In this document: positions 25,947 to 34,322 of the stretch, piece by piece
Layout of the letters: every line of letters begins with the position of its first letter
How positions within the stretch are numbered: the first letter of the stretch is position 1
NCBI GenBank assembly: GCA_001779915.1
Contig: MFEJ01000019.1
Location: 1 to 34,469 of the forward strand
DNA: 34,469 bases
Source: Candidatus Doudnabacteria bacterium RIFCSPHIGHO2_01_FULL_45_18
GTDB lineage: Bacteria > Patescibacteriota > Doudnabacteria > UBA920 > O2-02-FULL-48-8
Direction of reading: 5' to 3'
The notes under the pieces: model-generated
Told to the model about the DNA's origin: nothing
The model's input: the letters and a program-made list of their open reading frames with translations, nothing else
The model's database searches: none
Made by a program: the position numbers and the translations under genes

Positions 25947-27135
25947 GGCCTCGATAATTGATTTTATATATCACTCCGGCTTTGTCATCCGAGGCATACA
26001 TGGTCCCGCCGGATTGGATTAGAACATCAACAGGACGACCTAATGCAGAATTTCCTTGCAGCCAGCCGCTGATGAAATCTTCCTGACCCTGAAAATTTCC
26101 TCGCGCATCTAATTTAATCCGAACGAGTTTGTATCCAGTTGGTACGGTTCGATTCCATGATCCATGGAAAGCCACGATTAGATCGTACCACATGTCCTCG
26201 GGCCAACCTTCCTCGGGCACAAAGCCCAAGCCTAATGGCGCAGAATGCGCTTGCATTTCCACTTGTTGCGGGGTTTCAAACGGCTCCATGCATGGGTTTC
26301 TGATGTAGGTATTTTTATCAAAATTTGTATCATGGATGTTGTTACCATAACAAATCGGCCAACCATAGTTCCCACCCTCCTTGATCATGTTTATTTCTTC
26401 AGGAGGGACGTTGTCTCCAAGTAAATCCCGCCCCATATCTGTCCCCCACATTCGACCGTCAACATAACTCCAAGTAAAGAACACGGTATTACGAAGGCCT
26501 TTAGCAAATTGTTTGAAATCCGACCCATCACGATTCATGGAATAAATCGCGGCACGCCGTTCGTCCAATTCGTGACAAACGTTACAAGACGAGCCAATCG
26601 AAACATAGAGTCGATTATCCGGGCCAAAACCTAGTGTTCGAGTAAAATGTCCATTGCCAGAGGGTAAATCCGCAATCTTTTTCAAAGGCGCATCAGAATT
26701 CAGTTTCGTACGAACAATTCTGTGGGTTTCCGCGATGTAGATCGTGGTTGGGTCCTGGTAATCAAACGCAATCCCGTGCGGTTGTTTAAGATTTCTAAAA
26801 ATATCTTGCGCAGTCATGGTCCCGTCACTGTTTCGAACAAGTTTGGAAACGATACCTGCCGAAGTTCTGGAAACCCACATATTATTTTCCGGATCAAACG
26901 CAATGACGCGGGCACCTGACAAATTCTTTGCGTAAATTTCGATGCTAAATCCGTCCGGAAGTTTAAGTGGAAAATCAGTATTATTTCTTCCAGGCTCCAG
27001 AATATTTACGATGTCATCCGGTGGTGGATTGATAACCGGCTGGATGCCGCGGAAATTAGGCCAGAATATATAAACACCGTATAAAATCGTGGCCCCGATT
27101 ACTACAACGGTTAGATTCTTTAGAAATATTTTCAT
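25939..27135 (-). CDS. PQQ-dependent sugar dehydrogenase (sorbosone/aldose dehydrogenase family), membrane-anchored
   Basis: It has the GGNYGWP motif and beta-propeller-type repeats. The start was placed at the ATG preceded by GAGG (MKIFLKNL), not at 27147. Confidence 0.82.
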   Translation of the reverse strand: MKIFLKNLTVVVIGATILYGVYIFWPNFRGIQPVINPPPDDIVNILEPGRNNTDFPLKLPDGFSIEIYAKNLSGARVIAFDPENNMWVSRTSAGIVSKLVRNSDGTMTAQDIFRNLKQPHGIAFDYQDPTTIYIAETHRIVRTKLNSDAPLKKIADLPSGNGHFTRTLGFGPDNRLYVSIGSSCNVCHELDERRAAIYSMNRDGSDFKQFAKGLRNTVFFTWSYVDGRMWGTDMGRDLLGDNVPPEEINMIKEGGNYGWPICYGNNIHDTNFDKNTYIRNPCMEPFETPQQVEMQAHSAPLGLGFVPEEGWPEDMWYDLIVAFHGSWNRTVPTGYKLVRIKLDARGNFQGQEDFISGWLQGNSALGRPVDVLIQSGGTMYASDDKAGVIYKINYRGLR

Positions 27136-27136
27136 T

Positions 27137-27772
27137 TTATACCTCAAACGACTTACCTAGCTCTGGTAAAATTACTTCGATGGATCTCTTTGGGATCAGT
27201 AAGTTAAATGTATTATATAAAAAGCTTGTGGTTTTAAACATGCCGTCATGAACTGGGAAGCACTTTTTTGGCTTTAGATCAAAAACATAGTTTATCGATT
27301 CTTTCGTATTTGACCACGAGCCAGGAGTAGGAAAAGCCAAAATTTCAACCGGTCTTTGTGGATTATATAATGCATCGCCCGGATAAAACAGCCTGTTATT
27401 AAAAAAATATCCGGTATTTAGAACTTGGCCATACTCTTCAAAGATTTCCGCATGCTTAGTCCCATGACCTTCTATAAGCATGTCACCGATTTGTTTTTCT
27501 TGTCCATGTTCGACTAAGTCAAATCCAATACCTTCCTTTTCCAAGATCGCACCAACAGCCGAATTGCTAATAATTTTTATGTTGGGATTTCGTGATAAAA
27601 TCGTCTTTATCGAATCCAAATGTAAATGGTCGCCGTGTTCATGAGTAATCACAATACAGTCTATATCCGTGACGTCGTTTTGAGCTGTCGAATATATACC
27701 AGGATCAGTAAGGATTTTGACCCCAGCCTCTTCGATAATTAGACAACAGTGTCCTAGTTTTGTAATTTTCAT
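27137..27772 (-). CDS. MBL-fold metallo-hydrolase
   Basis: It has the ITHEHGDH motif and a distal H/D. Confidence 0.85.
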   Translation of the reverse strand: MKITKLGHCCLIIEEAGVKILTDPGIYSTAQNDVTDIDCIVITHEHGDHLHLDSIKTILSRNPNIKIISNSAVGAILEKEGIGFDLVEHGQEKQIGDMLIEGHGTKHAEIFEEYGQVLNTGYFFNNRLFYPGDALYNPQRPVEILAFPTPGSWSNTKESINYVFDLKPKKCFPVHDGMFKTTSFLYNTFNLLIPKRSIEVILPELGKSFEV

Positions 27773-27773
27773 C

Positions 27774-28568
27774 TCAATATTTTACCAGATTTAATGCGAT
27801 TTTTTTCCCAAACCATTTCTTTGCGGTTTTGCTAAAATTTTGATCAAGCCTGGTTACGTAAAATTTACGTTGCTGTTTTTTGCTTAGTTTGGATGCAATT
27901 TCTTCGTGTCTGGACAAATAATCAGCGAGTTTCTTGGGAACAATCTCGTCCTGGCTAATGACTTTAATCCCCTTGCCAATTTTTCTTGAAAATTTATCCT
28001 TGATCAAAGCGTAATGAGTACAGCCAAGAATTAAATTCTTAACATTTTTTGATTTTATCAAATCCGAGTACGTTTCTACTGCCAGCTTCAGCTTAGCAAG
28101 TTGCACATTTTCTATCAATTGGACCAATTCCGGCGCGGCGATTTCACTAACCTTCAGCTTAGGATTAAGTTTTTTAAGCTCTTTGGTATAAGCCTGGGCT
28201 TTAACTGTGCCATTCGTCGCTAGAATACAAACATCTCCGCCGCGAATCAATTCGACTGTGGGTCTGATGACTCCCAAAACTTTTCGATTAGCATAATATT
28301 TAGGCAAATAGTCGCGTTGAATTTTCCGAAGCGCTTGCGCGGAGGCGGTGTTGCATGCCACGATGACCAGCAAGCATCCTTGCTCAAATAAAAATTTAAC
28401 CGCGTTGGCGGTCAGGGCATAGATTTGTTTTTGTGATTTATTTCCGTAAGGCAGATGTTTGGTATCGCCAAGAAACACAAAATCATATTTGCGAAGTTTC
28501 TTGCTACTGAGCATGCTCCGGAGCAAGAAAAGCCCACCTAAGCCTGAATCGAAAACTCCAATCTTCAT
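27774..28568 (-). CDS. murI: Glutamate racemase
   Basis: The motifs IGVFDSGLGGL, VACNTAS and LGCTHY are present. Confidence 0.93.
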   Translation of the reverse strand: MKIGVFDSGLGGLFLLRSMLSSKKLRKYDFVFLGDTKHLPYGNKSQKQIYALTANAVKFLFEQGCLLVIVACNTASAQALRKIQRDYLPKYYANRKVLGVIRPTVELIRGGDVCILATNGTVKAQAYTKELKKLNPKLKVSEIAAPELVQLIENVQLAKLKLAVETYSDLIKSKNVKNLILGCTHYALIKDKFSRKIGKGIKVISQDEIVPKKLADYLSRHEEIASKLSKKQQRKFYVTRLDQNFSKTAKKWFGKKIALNLVKY

Positions 28569-28894
28569 AATTCATCAATTTTCGCTGCCATAATAAAATC
28601 GTTTTCTGAAAGGCCGCCCACGGCATGCGTCCAAAGTTCAATCACGACTTGGGAATATGCCACATGCATATCCGGGTGATGATCCTGCTGTTGGGCGAGC
28701 AAGGCGACCTGGTTAACGAAACTCATGGTCTTGATAAAGTTCTTGAACGTAAATTTTTTCTGAATTTTTTTTTCGTCTAAAACTACCCAACCTTTTGACA
28801 GCTTTGGTAAGTATTTCGCAATATCTTTTTTACTAAAAGCTAAAACACCCCCTTCGCACGGCACGCATTTTTTATTTGAGAGTTTTATTTCCAA
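28565..28894 (-). CDS. 4a-hydroxytetrahydrobiopterin dehydratase (PCD/DCoH)
   Basis: It has the core FVNQVALLAQQQDHHPDM..Y..V.IELWTH. Confidence 0.85.
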   Translation of the reverse strand: MEIKLSNKKCVPCEGGVLAFSKKDIAKYLPKLSKGWVVLDEKKIQKKFTFKNFIKTMSFVNQVALLAQQQDHHPDMHVAYSQVVIELWTHAVGGLSENDFIMAAKIDEL

Positions 28895-29319
28895 AGTGAT
28901 AGAATGACCCCGAAAATCAGAAGCTGCAGAAGATTGTAAGCGTTATTGAGTGTCCAGAGCTTCCAGGATTTACCTTCCCACAGGACAGAACCTAAGGTCA
29001 GCGGGGCTAAAAAGCCTAGCCAAATCCAGAAGCCGGCGGAAAGTCCAGCCGAAACTCCTTCGGTCCTCATGTAGCTGGTTGTAAAGATCAGGAAGTGGGA
29101 AAAAACATAAGCCATGACTAACGAGCCGACAAAAGTCAGCGAATAACTTTTGGTCATGCTGTTTTTCATCGCTTCCTGCTTGGAAGAATCTAACTTATCA
29201 AACCCCATCATTTCAATCCACATTTTTCCAAACAATGGACCGTACCACACGTAACCTAAAACCATGCTGGCCACGCCACAGGCCAAGACTGCCAAATAAT
29301 TTACATCAATTGCTTGCAT
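28885..29319 (-). CDS. DUF1761-like integral membrane protein
   Basis: It has four predicted TM helices. The N-terminus YLAVLACGVASMVLGYVWYGPLFGKMW matches the remembered DUF1761 pattern. Confidence 0.65.
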   Translation of the reverse strand: MQAIDVNYLAVLACGVASMVLGYVWYGPLFGKMWIEMMGFDKLDSSKQEAMKNSMTKSYSLTFVGSLVMAYVFSHFLIFTTSYMRTEGVSAGLSAGFWIWLGFLAPLTLGSVLWEGKSWKLWTLNNAYNLLQLLIFGVILSLWK

Positions 29320-29347
29320 ATTTTAAAATTAATTATAAACGAGTTTA

Positions 29348-29499
29348 TTAGACATTATCGTTCAGCGTTAAGCTGTGGCTACCGTCCGTGCAGACACACT
29401 GTTCCATTTGTTGTCCGTGAAGATGACAACCTTCGGTGTCGCAGGTTTTGGGACCATTGGAGGCCCCCCGCATTCTGGACACACGTAATGTGCGTTCAT
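29348..29499 (-). pseudogene. Small Cys-rich zinc-ribbon-like ORF needing a 1-nt correction in a G6 (plus-strand C6) run; the uncorrected ORF is 29368..29499
   Basis: It reads MNAHYVCPECGG up to the homopolymer at 29464..29469. The frame reached by adding one G reads ASNGPKTCDTEGCHLHGQQMEQCVCTDGSHSLTLNDNV, which adds five more Cys. The uncorrected frame has none. Confidence 0.5.
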
Positions 29500-29513
29500 A
29501 TGGATATAATTAA

Positions 29514-30287
29514 TTATTTGACCTCGAAAATTATTGTCATTTGAGCGATAATATCCTGACTCCCGGCTTCAATTGCCGGCGCCGTTCCGCCACCGCCCAT
29601 ACCATCCTTAGTTGCATCCAAGACGTAAGGCATGGGATACGGTGAATATATTGAGTTTTCTGAAATAGTCACGACTCTTCCCAGACGCAAACCAGAGGCT
29701 TGGGCTAGATCACTGGCTTTTTGTTTGGCTTTTTCAATGGCGATTTTTCTCGCTTCCTGTTTCAAATCATCCGGATCATCAAAACTAAAATTTACACCCT
29801 GAATTTGATTGCTGCCATTATCCACGGCACCGCTTAAAATTTTACCCAGAGTTTCGGTGCTTTTATCAACGCCGTGAACTTTAATCGTGAGAGTCTGGTT
29901 CGCTTGATAACCGTTAATTGTATTTCGACCATTATTATATTCGTAATTTGGATAGACACTGAAATTTGAAGTCACGATATCGTCATCCGCAAGGCCTTGC
30001 TTTTTTATAAAGTCAATCAGTTCGTTGGTTATTTTCGTATTTTGATCTTGCGCAGCTTTGGCAGTCGGTTCGTTGGTTAAGACCCCGACATTCACAGTTG
30101 CCAAATCAGGCCGGGCTGAGACCTTACCTTCCGCCGACATAGACAGGGTGTTTTTCGGCACACTATTTCTAAAGTCCTGGGAAAAATTATAGACCTTATC
30201 TAGGACACTTATGCCTAAAAAAGCGACTAGTAGCAAACCCAACGCTTGCCAAACCCACGGTTTTATTTGATCGGTGTTGATTTCCAT
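29514..30287 (-). CDS. SIMPL/DUF541 domain protein (periplasmic immunogenic protein family)
   Basis: An N-terminal TM helix is followed by the LSMSAEGKVSARPDLATVNVGV start that is typical of SIMPL. Confidence 0.8.
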   Translation of the reverse strand: MEINTDQIKPWVWQALGLLLVAFLGISVLDKVYNFSQDFRNSVPKNTLSMSAEGKVSARPDLATVNVGVLTNEPTAKAAQDQNTKITNELIDFIKKQGLADDDIVTSNFSVYPNYEYNNGRNTINGYQANQTLTIKVHGVDKSTETLGKILSGAVDNGSNQIQGVNFSFDDPDDLKQEARKIAIEKAKQKASDLAQASGLRLGRVVTISENSIYSPYPMPYVLDATKDGMGGGGTAPAIEAGSQDIIAQMTIIFEVK

Positions 30288-30341
30288 CTAATGTTTATAT
30301 TATTACTATAGATTATAACAAACAAAAACAGAGGGTCAAAG

Positions 30342-32054
30342 TTACGGCGCGTTCAGGATTTCATCGGGGACGAGCCACTGGCAGGACGTTTTATCTTTCT
30401 TCATGCGCTCGATGTCTTGTTGAATGTCCAACTCATGTTGCTTTAAAAATTGAGTCAAGGCCTGCTCAATGTCGCTTGGATCAAACATTATCAATGAATA
30501 GTCAGCAAGTTCGATCCTCACACCAGTCATAGCGAATTGCTCGGATTTGTTTATGACAAAATAAATATTGTTGTATTTCTGCTTGATTTTATTTAGGTCG
30601 TACCCAAAATGCATCTCCAGCAAGGTTTTGGATTCGGTGCCTGTGAGAAACAAAACATAGTATCGGAACCAGCAATCATTGTCAGAAACGCGGATAATGA
30701 CCAAGTCTTGCTCATTTACTCCTAGCCCCGACATAATTTCGGCACTGCCGTAAAACTTTTCGTGCTCGGATTGATAATCATAAGCCTGGGCTCGTTGGGC
30801 TTGAAACTGGCTGGCAAATCGGATTACTTCGTAGCCGGTCACCAGAATAAAGACGAAGAGTATTGTAATGATTGTCGTTCTGAGACGAACTCGAATAATC
30901 TGATCTTGAAGCAGATCCTTCGCTAATCGCTCAGGATGACAGGCAAGAACGACACTGTACACAATAAAAAATAAACTCAATAAATAACTTTGGTAAATAA
31001 AATTCGGAATCTTGGCCGCGCTCAAACTAATCGCCGCAAGATTCCACGCAAACCATCCTCCGGATAGCCATAAGAGAACTTTGTCGTGTCTGTTTACTGT
31101 TTTCTGCTTACTGATTACTAATCCTAAGATTAATCCCAGATAATACACCCAAGTCCACCCAAACAAGTATCGCTGTGGCAAATAATTTGTCAGGTACCAG
31201 TGCCACGGTCGCCCCCATCCTTCGTAGCCAGAGGCCGCATGAAAAATCGGCACAATGATTTCTTGTTTGAAGGTTTGGGGCGAACTTAGATATAACGAAC
31301 CATAGGAAACAACTAAAAGTCCTAAAAAAGATAGGATTGCAAACCAAATTTGTCCGGAAATTTTCTTATGATCATAAATCAACAACCCAAAAAAGGTTGT
31401 CGCTGGGATAGCGCCAAGCAGATTTTTAGTCATGATTGGCAGCGCGACAACTAAGCCTACTAATATAAGTTTCCAAAATGGGTAATCTAATCGCTCTTCA
31501 CTCTCCCCTGCCAAATACCAAAGGATGACACCAAATCCGCCGACCACGGTCAAGGCCAAAACAATATCGGAAACGCCAAAGGCATAGCCTGTTATTAACT
31601 CGTGTGTGAAAGGCGTATTAATCCAAAAAATCGCCGCAATCGCTGCGGCCACAGTCGCCCACAGGCTTTTTCTAAATCTGTACACGCAGAAAATAAAAAG
31701 TAATCCGATCAGTAAAGTGATAAATGCGTAAGATAAACGCTTAACCTCAATTGTGATTTGTCCATCCAACTGAAAAAACAAATACGGCACATATGCAAAC
31801 AGCGGCGGGATGTGTTGCCAGAATGGCCCTTCCATCCAGTTTCCTGATTTCTCGTTCAGAGGATTCACGCGGACCATCGGCGGAAAAAATTTGCGTGTCA
31901 CATTGGCTGCCACCACGGAATTTGATGACTCATCATGCGCGCGCAAATCTTTCTGAAAAATCAACGGAAGGTCCGACTTGGTATTGTACAAAAAATAAGT
32001 CGTAAAAATCAGACAAAGAATTACGACCACGATCGGCTTCTGGTATTTATGCAT
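30342..32054 (-). CDS. Polytopic membrane protein, GT-C fold (ArnT/PMT GT39-like) glycosyltransferase with a C-terminal soluble domain
   Basis: It has more than 10 TM helices. An acidic DE motif lies in the first extracytoplasmic loop (RAHDESSNS). Confidence 0.55.
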   Translation of the reverse strand: MHKYQKPIVVVILCLIFTTYFLYNTKSDLPLIFQKDLRAHDESSNSVVAANVTRKFFPPMVRVNPLNEKSGNWMEGPFWQHIPPLFAYVPYLFFQLDGQITIEVKRLSYAFITLLIGLLFIFCVYRFRKSLWATVAAAIAAIFWINTPFTHELITGYAFGVSDIVLALTVVGGFGVILWYLAGESEERLDYPFWKLILVGLVVALPIMTKNLLGAIPATTFFGLLIYDHKKISGQIWFAILSFLGLLVVSYGSLYLSSPQTFKQEIIVPIFHAASGYEGWGRPWHWYLTNYLPQRYLFGWTWVYYLGLILGLVISKQKTVNRHDKVLLWLSGGWFAWNLAAISLSAAKIPNFIYQSYLLSLFFIVYSVVLACHPERLAKDLLQDQIIRVRLRTTIITILFVFILVTGYEVIRFASQFQAQRAQAYDYQSEHEKFYGSAEIMSGLGVNEQDLVIIRVSDNDCWFRYYVLFLTGTESKTLLEMHFGYDLNKIKQKYNNIYFVINKSEQFAMTGVRIELADYSLIMFDPSDIEQALTQFLKQHELDIQQDIERMKKDKTSCQWLVPDEILNAP

Positions 32055-32074
32055 ACGCTAATTCTACCGTACTA

Positions 32075-32103
32075 TTGACAAAAACACTAAAAAGGAGTAT
32101 AAT
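32075..32103 (+). promoter_or_regulatory. Consensus sigma70 promoter: TTGACA, 17-nt spacer, TATAAT
   Basis: TTGACA lies at 32075..32080 and TATAAT at 32098..32103. The helicase ATG is 10 nt downstream. Confidence 0.7.
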
Positions 32104-32113
32104 TATAACTTAC

Positions 32114-33379
32114 ATGAATACCTTTGAAGGCTTAGGAATCGCGCCTAAACTGCTTGAAATCCTAAACCAACTAAAATTTACGGTACCGACACCCATTCAA
32201 TTCCAATCCATCCCGATTGGTATTTCGGGCAAAGACGTCATGGGCATTGCGCAAACTGGTACTGGTAAAACCATGGCTTTCGGCATTCCCATGATTCAGA
32301 GATTGGCGCAGGAAAAGGGTCGCGGCTTGGTGATTTTGCCAACTCGGGAACTGGCTTTGCAGGTAGATGAAGCTTTGCATAAAATCGGTAAACCATTGGG
32401 GCTCAAAACCGCTGTCCTAATCGGCGGTGAATCCATCAACCGACAATTCCGCGCTTTGCGACAAAATCCACACATCGTGATTGGCACACCAGGCAGGCTT
32501 AACGACCATTTGGAGCAAAAAACCTTAAACCTTTCGCAAGTTTCGATTTTGGTTTTAGACGAAGCGGATCGCATGCTGGATATGGGATTTGAGCCACAGA
32601 TCAAACGGATCTTGGCTAAAGTTCCGAAGACCAGACAGACCATGTTGTTTTCCGCCACCATGCCGGATGAAATTGTCAAAATTGCGACAGCCTACATGGC
32701 GCAACCCTTGCGAATTGAAGTCGCGCCCCAGGGTACGACGGCGCGCGATGTGGCGCAGGAAGTTTTCTTTGTCAGCCGTGATCAAAAATTGTCACTGCTC
32801 TCCAAAGTTCTTTCTGAACATAAAGGTTCGGTGCTGATTTTTATCCGAACCAAATTTGGCGCAAAAAAAGTCGCCCAGTCCGTGCGCAACATGGGTTATT
32901 CGGCCGCGGAAATTCATTCCAACCGATCTCTTGGTCAAAGAAAAGAAGCCCTGGAGGGCTTTAAGATCGGACGATATAAAGTTCTGGCTGCCACTGACAT
33001 TGCCGCCCGCGGCATTGATGTCACAGGCATTGAGCTGGTGATAAATTACGATTTGCCGGAAAACCCTGGTGACTATGTCCATCGAATCGGTCGCACCGGA
33101 CGAGCTGGAATGTCAGGCAAGGCCGTCTCATTCGCAACACCTGATCAGAGATACGATGTCCGATCAATTGAAAGACTGATTAAACTTTCTTTGCCAGTGT
33201 CGGAAGCCCGTGGACTTTCCTCTGCTCCTGTTTCCAGACCAAATAGCAGATCAGAACAGCCCAGACGACCATTCAAACCGCGACGCGACTTCAAACAGAG
33301 CCGTGGCGGGTTTGCTCAACGCCGACCTTTTCGTCGCGGTGCACCCCTTGATCAAGGCTTTGATCGAAACCACCGCTGA
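32114..33379 (+). CDS. DEAD-box ATP-dependent RNA helicase with an R/P-rich C-terminal tail
   Basis: It has the Q motif (TPIQ), AQTGTGKT, DEAD (VLDEADRM), SAT, and HRIGRTGRAG. The start is at M14 of the tracked ORF because the upstream part is the promoter. Confidence 0.95.
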   Translation: MNTFEGLGIAPKLLEILNQLKFTVPTPIQFQSIPIGISGKDVMGIAQTGTGKTMAFGIPMIQRLAQEKGRGLVILPTRELALQVDEALHKIGKPLGLKTAVLIGGESINRQFRALRQNPHIVIGTPGRLNDHLEQKTLNLSQVSILVLDEADRMLDMGFEPQIKRILAKVPKTRQTMLFSATMPDEIVKIATAYMAQPLRIEVAPQGTTARDVAQEVFFVSRDQKLSLLSKVLSEHKGSVLIFIRTKFGAKKVAQSVRNMGYSAAEIHSNRSLGQRKEALEGFKIGRYKVLAATDIAARGIDVTGIELVINYDLPENPGDYVHRIGRTGRAGMSGKAVSFATPDQRYDVRSIERLIKLSLPVSEARGLSSAPVSRPNSRSEQPRRPFKPRRDFKQSRGGFAQRRPFRRGAPLDQGFDRNHR

Positions 33380-33513
33380 ACCCAATCCCAAGCCGCCAGG
33401 CGAATTCCTAGCAATTCCAAACCAATAAAAATTAGCCACGAACCGGGTGTGAATGGTGTTAGTAGCGCCAAAACTCCGAGCATGATTAATCCGATTCCGA
33501 TAATTCTCTTCAC
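33352..33513 (-). CDS. Small two-TM membrane protein (PGPGW-like), GTG start overlapping the upstream stop as GTGA
   Basis: GGAGGG lies just upstream of the GTG. The sequence is VKRIIGIGLIMLGVLALLTPFTPGSWLIFIGLELLG. The long 94-aa version has an implausible N-terminus. Confidence 0.45.
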   Translation of the reverse strand: MKRIIGIGLIMLGVLALLTPFTPGSWLIFIGLELLGIRLAAWDWVQRWFRSKP

Positions 33514-33878
33514 AAGCCCTCCAAATCTGAAGGCCTGATTTGTTGGACTTGGTCCAGGCTCACTCCGGTTCCGGAGAATAAAAATTTCCCGAATAAAATC
33601 ACAAGCATAATTGACACCGTGGTCAGGATCCCACACATTAAGGCGGCTTGCTCCGCGTCATCTTTGCCGCTGAAATAAAATTTAACGGCAAAAATCAAAC
33701 CCAAAGGCGGGGCGACGAGCGAGACCAAATACGCCCAGCGTTTTTCTTTATCCGTCAGATTGTTTTGTTTGTGTTGCTGCAGCGCGTTAATCATGAGACT
33801 GGCCACGTCAATTTTTTTGTCAGCTTTAGCCAGCTCCTTGTATGTTTCAAGTTCTTTGGTCAATTTTTCTTCGTTCAT
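33510..33878 (-). CDS. Hypothetical membrane protein (charged N-terminal region plus two TM helices)
   Basis: It is an open frame with coherent hydrophobic segments. No family was recognised. Confidence 0.55.
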   Translation of the reverse strand: MNEEKLTKELETYKELAKADKKIDVASLMINALQQHKQNNLTDKEKRWAYLVSLVAPPLGLIFAVKFYFSGKDDAEQAALMCGILTTVSIMLVILFGKFLFSGTGVSLDQVQQIRPSDLEGL

Positions 33879-34044
33879 TTTGTTTTTGTAAAATATATTA
33901 CACTGCCACTGTTTCTATAAGTTTAGCACAAACTTGATACGGGTCCATATTCGCAGCCGGGCAGTTCGGATTAATTATTAAAAGCATGCTAGCATATTTT
34001 GGAATTCTTTGGCTAGTTCGCTCTCATCTATAACAATATTTTGC

Positions 34045-34077
34045 ACAAAAATAAAATCTCCACCATGTGGAGATTTT
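34045..34077 (-). terminator. Rho-independent terminator (11-bp stem)
   Basis: The plus-strand sequence is AAAATCTCCAC-cat-GTGGAGATTTT. On the minus strand TTTTATTTTT follows it. Confidence 0.7.
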
Positions 34078-34089
34078 ATAATATAAGTT

Positions 34090-34158
34090 TTATTTCTTTG
34101 GCTCGGGTGCTGGCGCTGGAGTTGGTTTGTCACCATTCGGTTTGGTTCCATCAAACAT
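34090..34158 (-). CDS. Candidate 22-aa proline-rich peptide MFDGTKPNGDKPTPAPAPEPKK
   Basis: It has its own promoter-like element, an AAAGGAA RBS 7 nt before the ATG, and a terminator 13 nt after the stop. It is too short to be confident about. Confidence 0.3.
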   Translation of the reverse strand: MFDGTKPNGDKPTPAPAPEPKK

Positions 34159-34196
34159 AGATTATTCCTTTCTTGAGGGTTAATTTATGCTAAGCC

Positions 34197-34225
34197 AGCA
34201 TAGCAAATCAGGCGTTAGCTGTCAA
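34197..34225 (-). promoter_or_regulatory. Sigma70-type promoter on the minus strand: TTGACA, 17-nt spacer, TATGCT
   Basis: The plus-strand TGTCAA at 34220..34225 is the -35 box and AGCATA at 34197..34202 is the -10 box. Confidence 0.5.
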
Positions 34226-34234
34226 GACTTTCTT

Positions 34235-34309
34235 TGGCTGGGGAGGAAGGATTCGAACCTTCGGATGATGGATTCAGAGTCCATTGCCTTACCACTTGGC
34301 TACTCCCCA
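34235..34309 (-). tRNA. tRNA-Gln (anticodon CUG) with encoded CCA
   Basis: The reverse complement is UGGGGAGUAGCCAAGUGGUAAGGCAAUGGACUCUGAAUCCAUCAUCCGAAGGUUCGAAUCCUUCCUCCCCAGCCA. It folds as a cloverleaf with a U1-A72 pair, a GGUUCGAAUCC T-arm and the anticodon loop CUCUGAA. It is very close to the remembered E. coli tRNA-Gln2. Confidence 0.93.
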
Positions 34310-34322
34310 ATTATACATAATT

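Noticed and set aside
29314-29544. A 76-aa ORF on the plus strand between the DUF1761 and SIMPL genes.
   Set aside because: It overlaps the starts and ends of flanking minus-strand genes. It lies antisense to a much more protein-like Cys-rich small ORF.
33352-33379. A 28-nt convergent overlap between the helicase 3' end and the small membrane ORF.
   Set aside because: Short convergent overlaps are common in compact genomes. Nothing further was seen to suggest antisense regulation.
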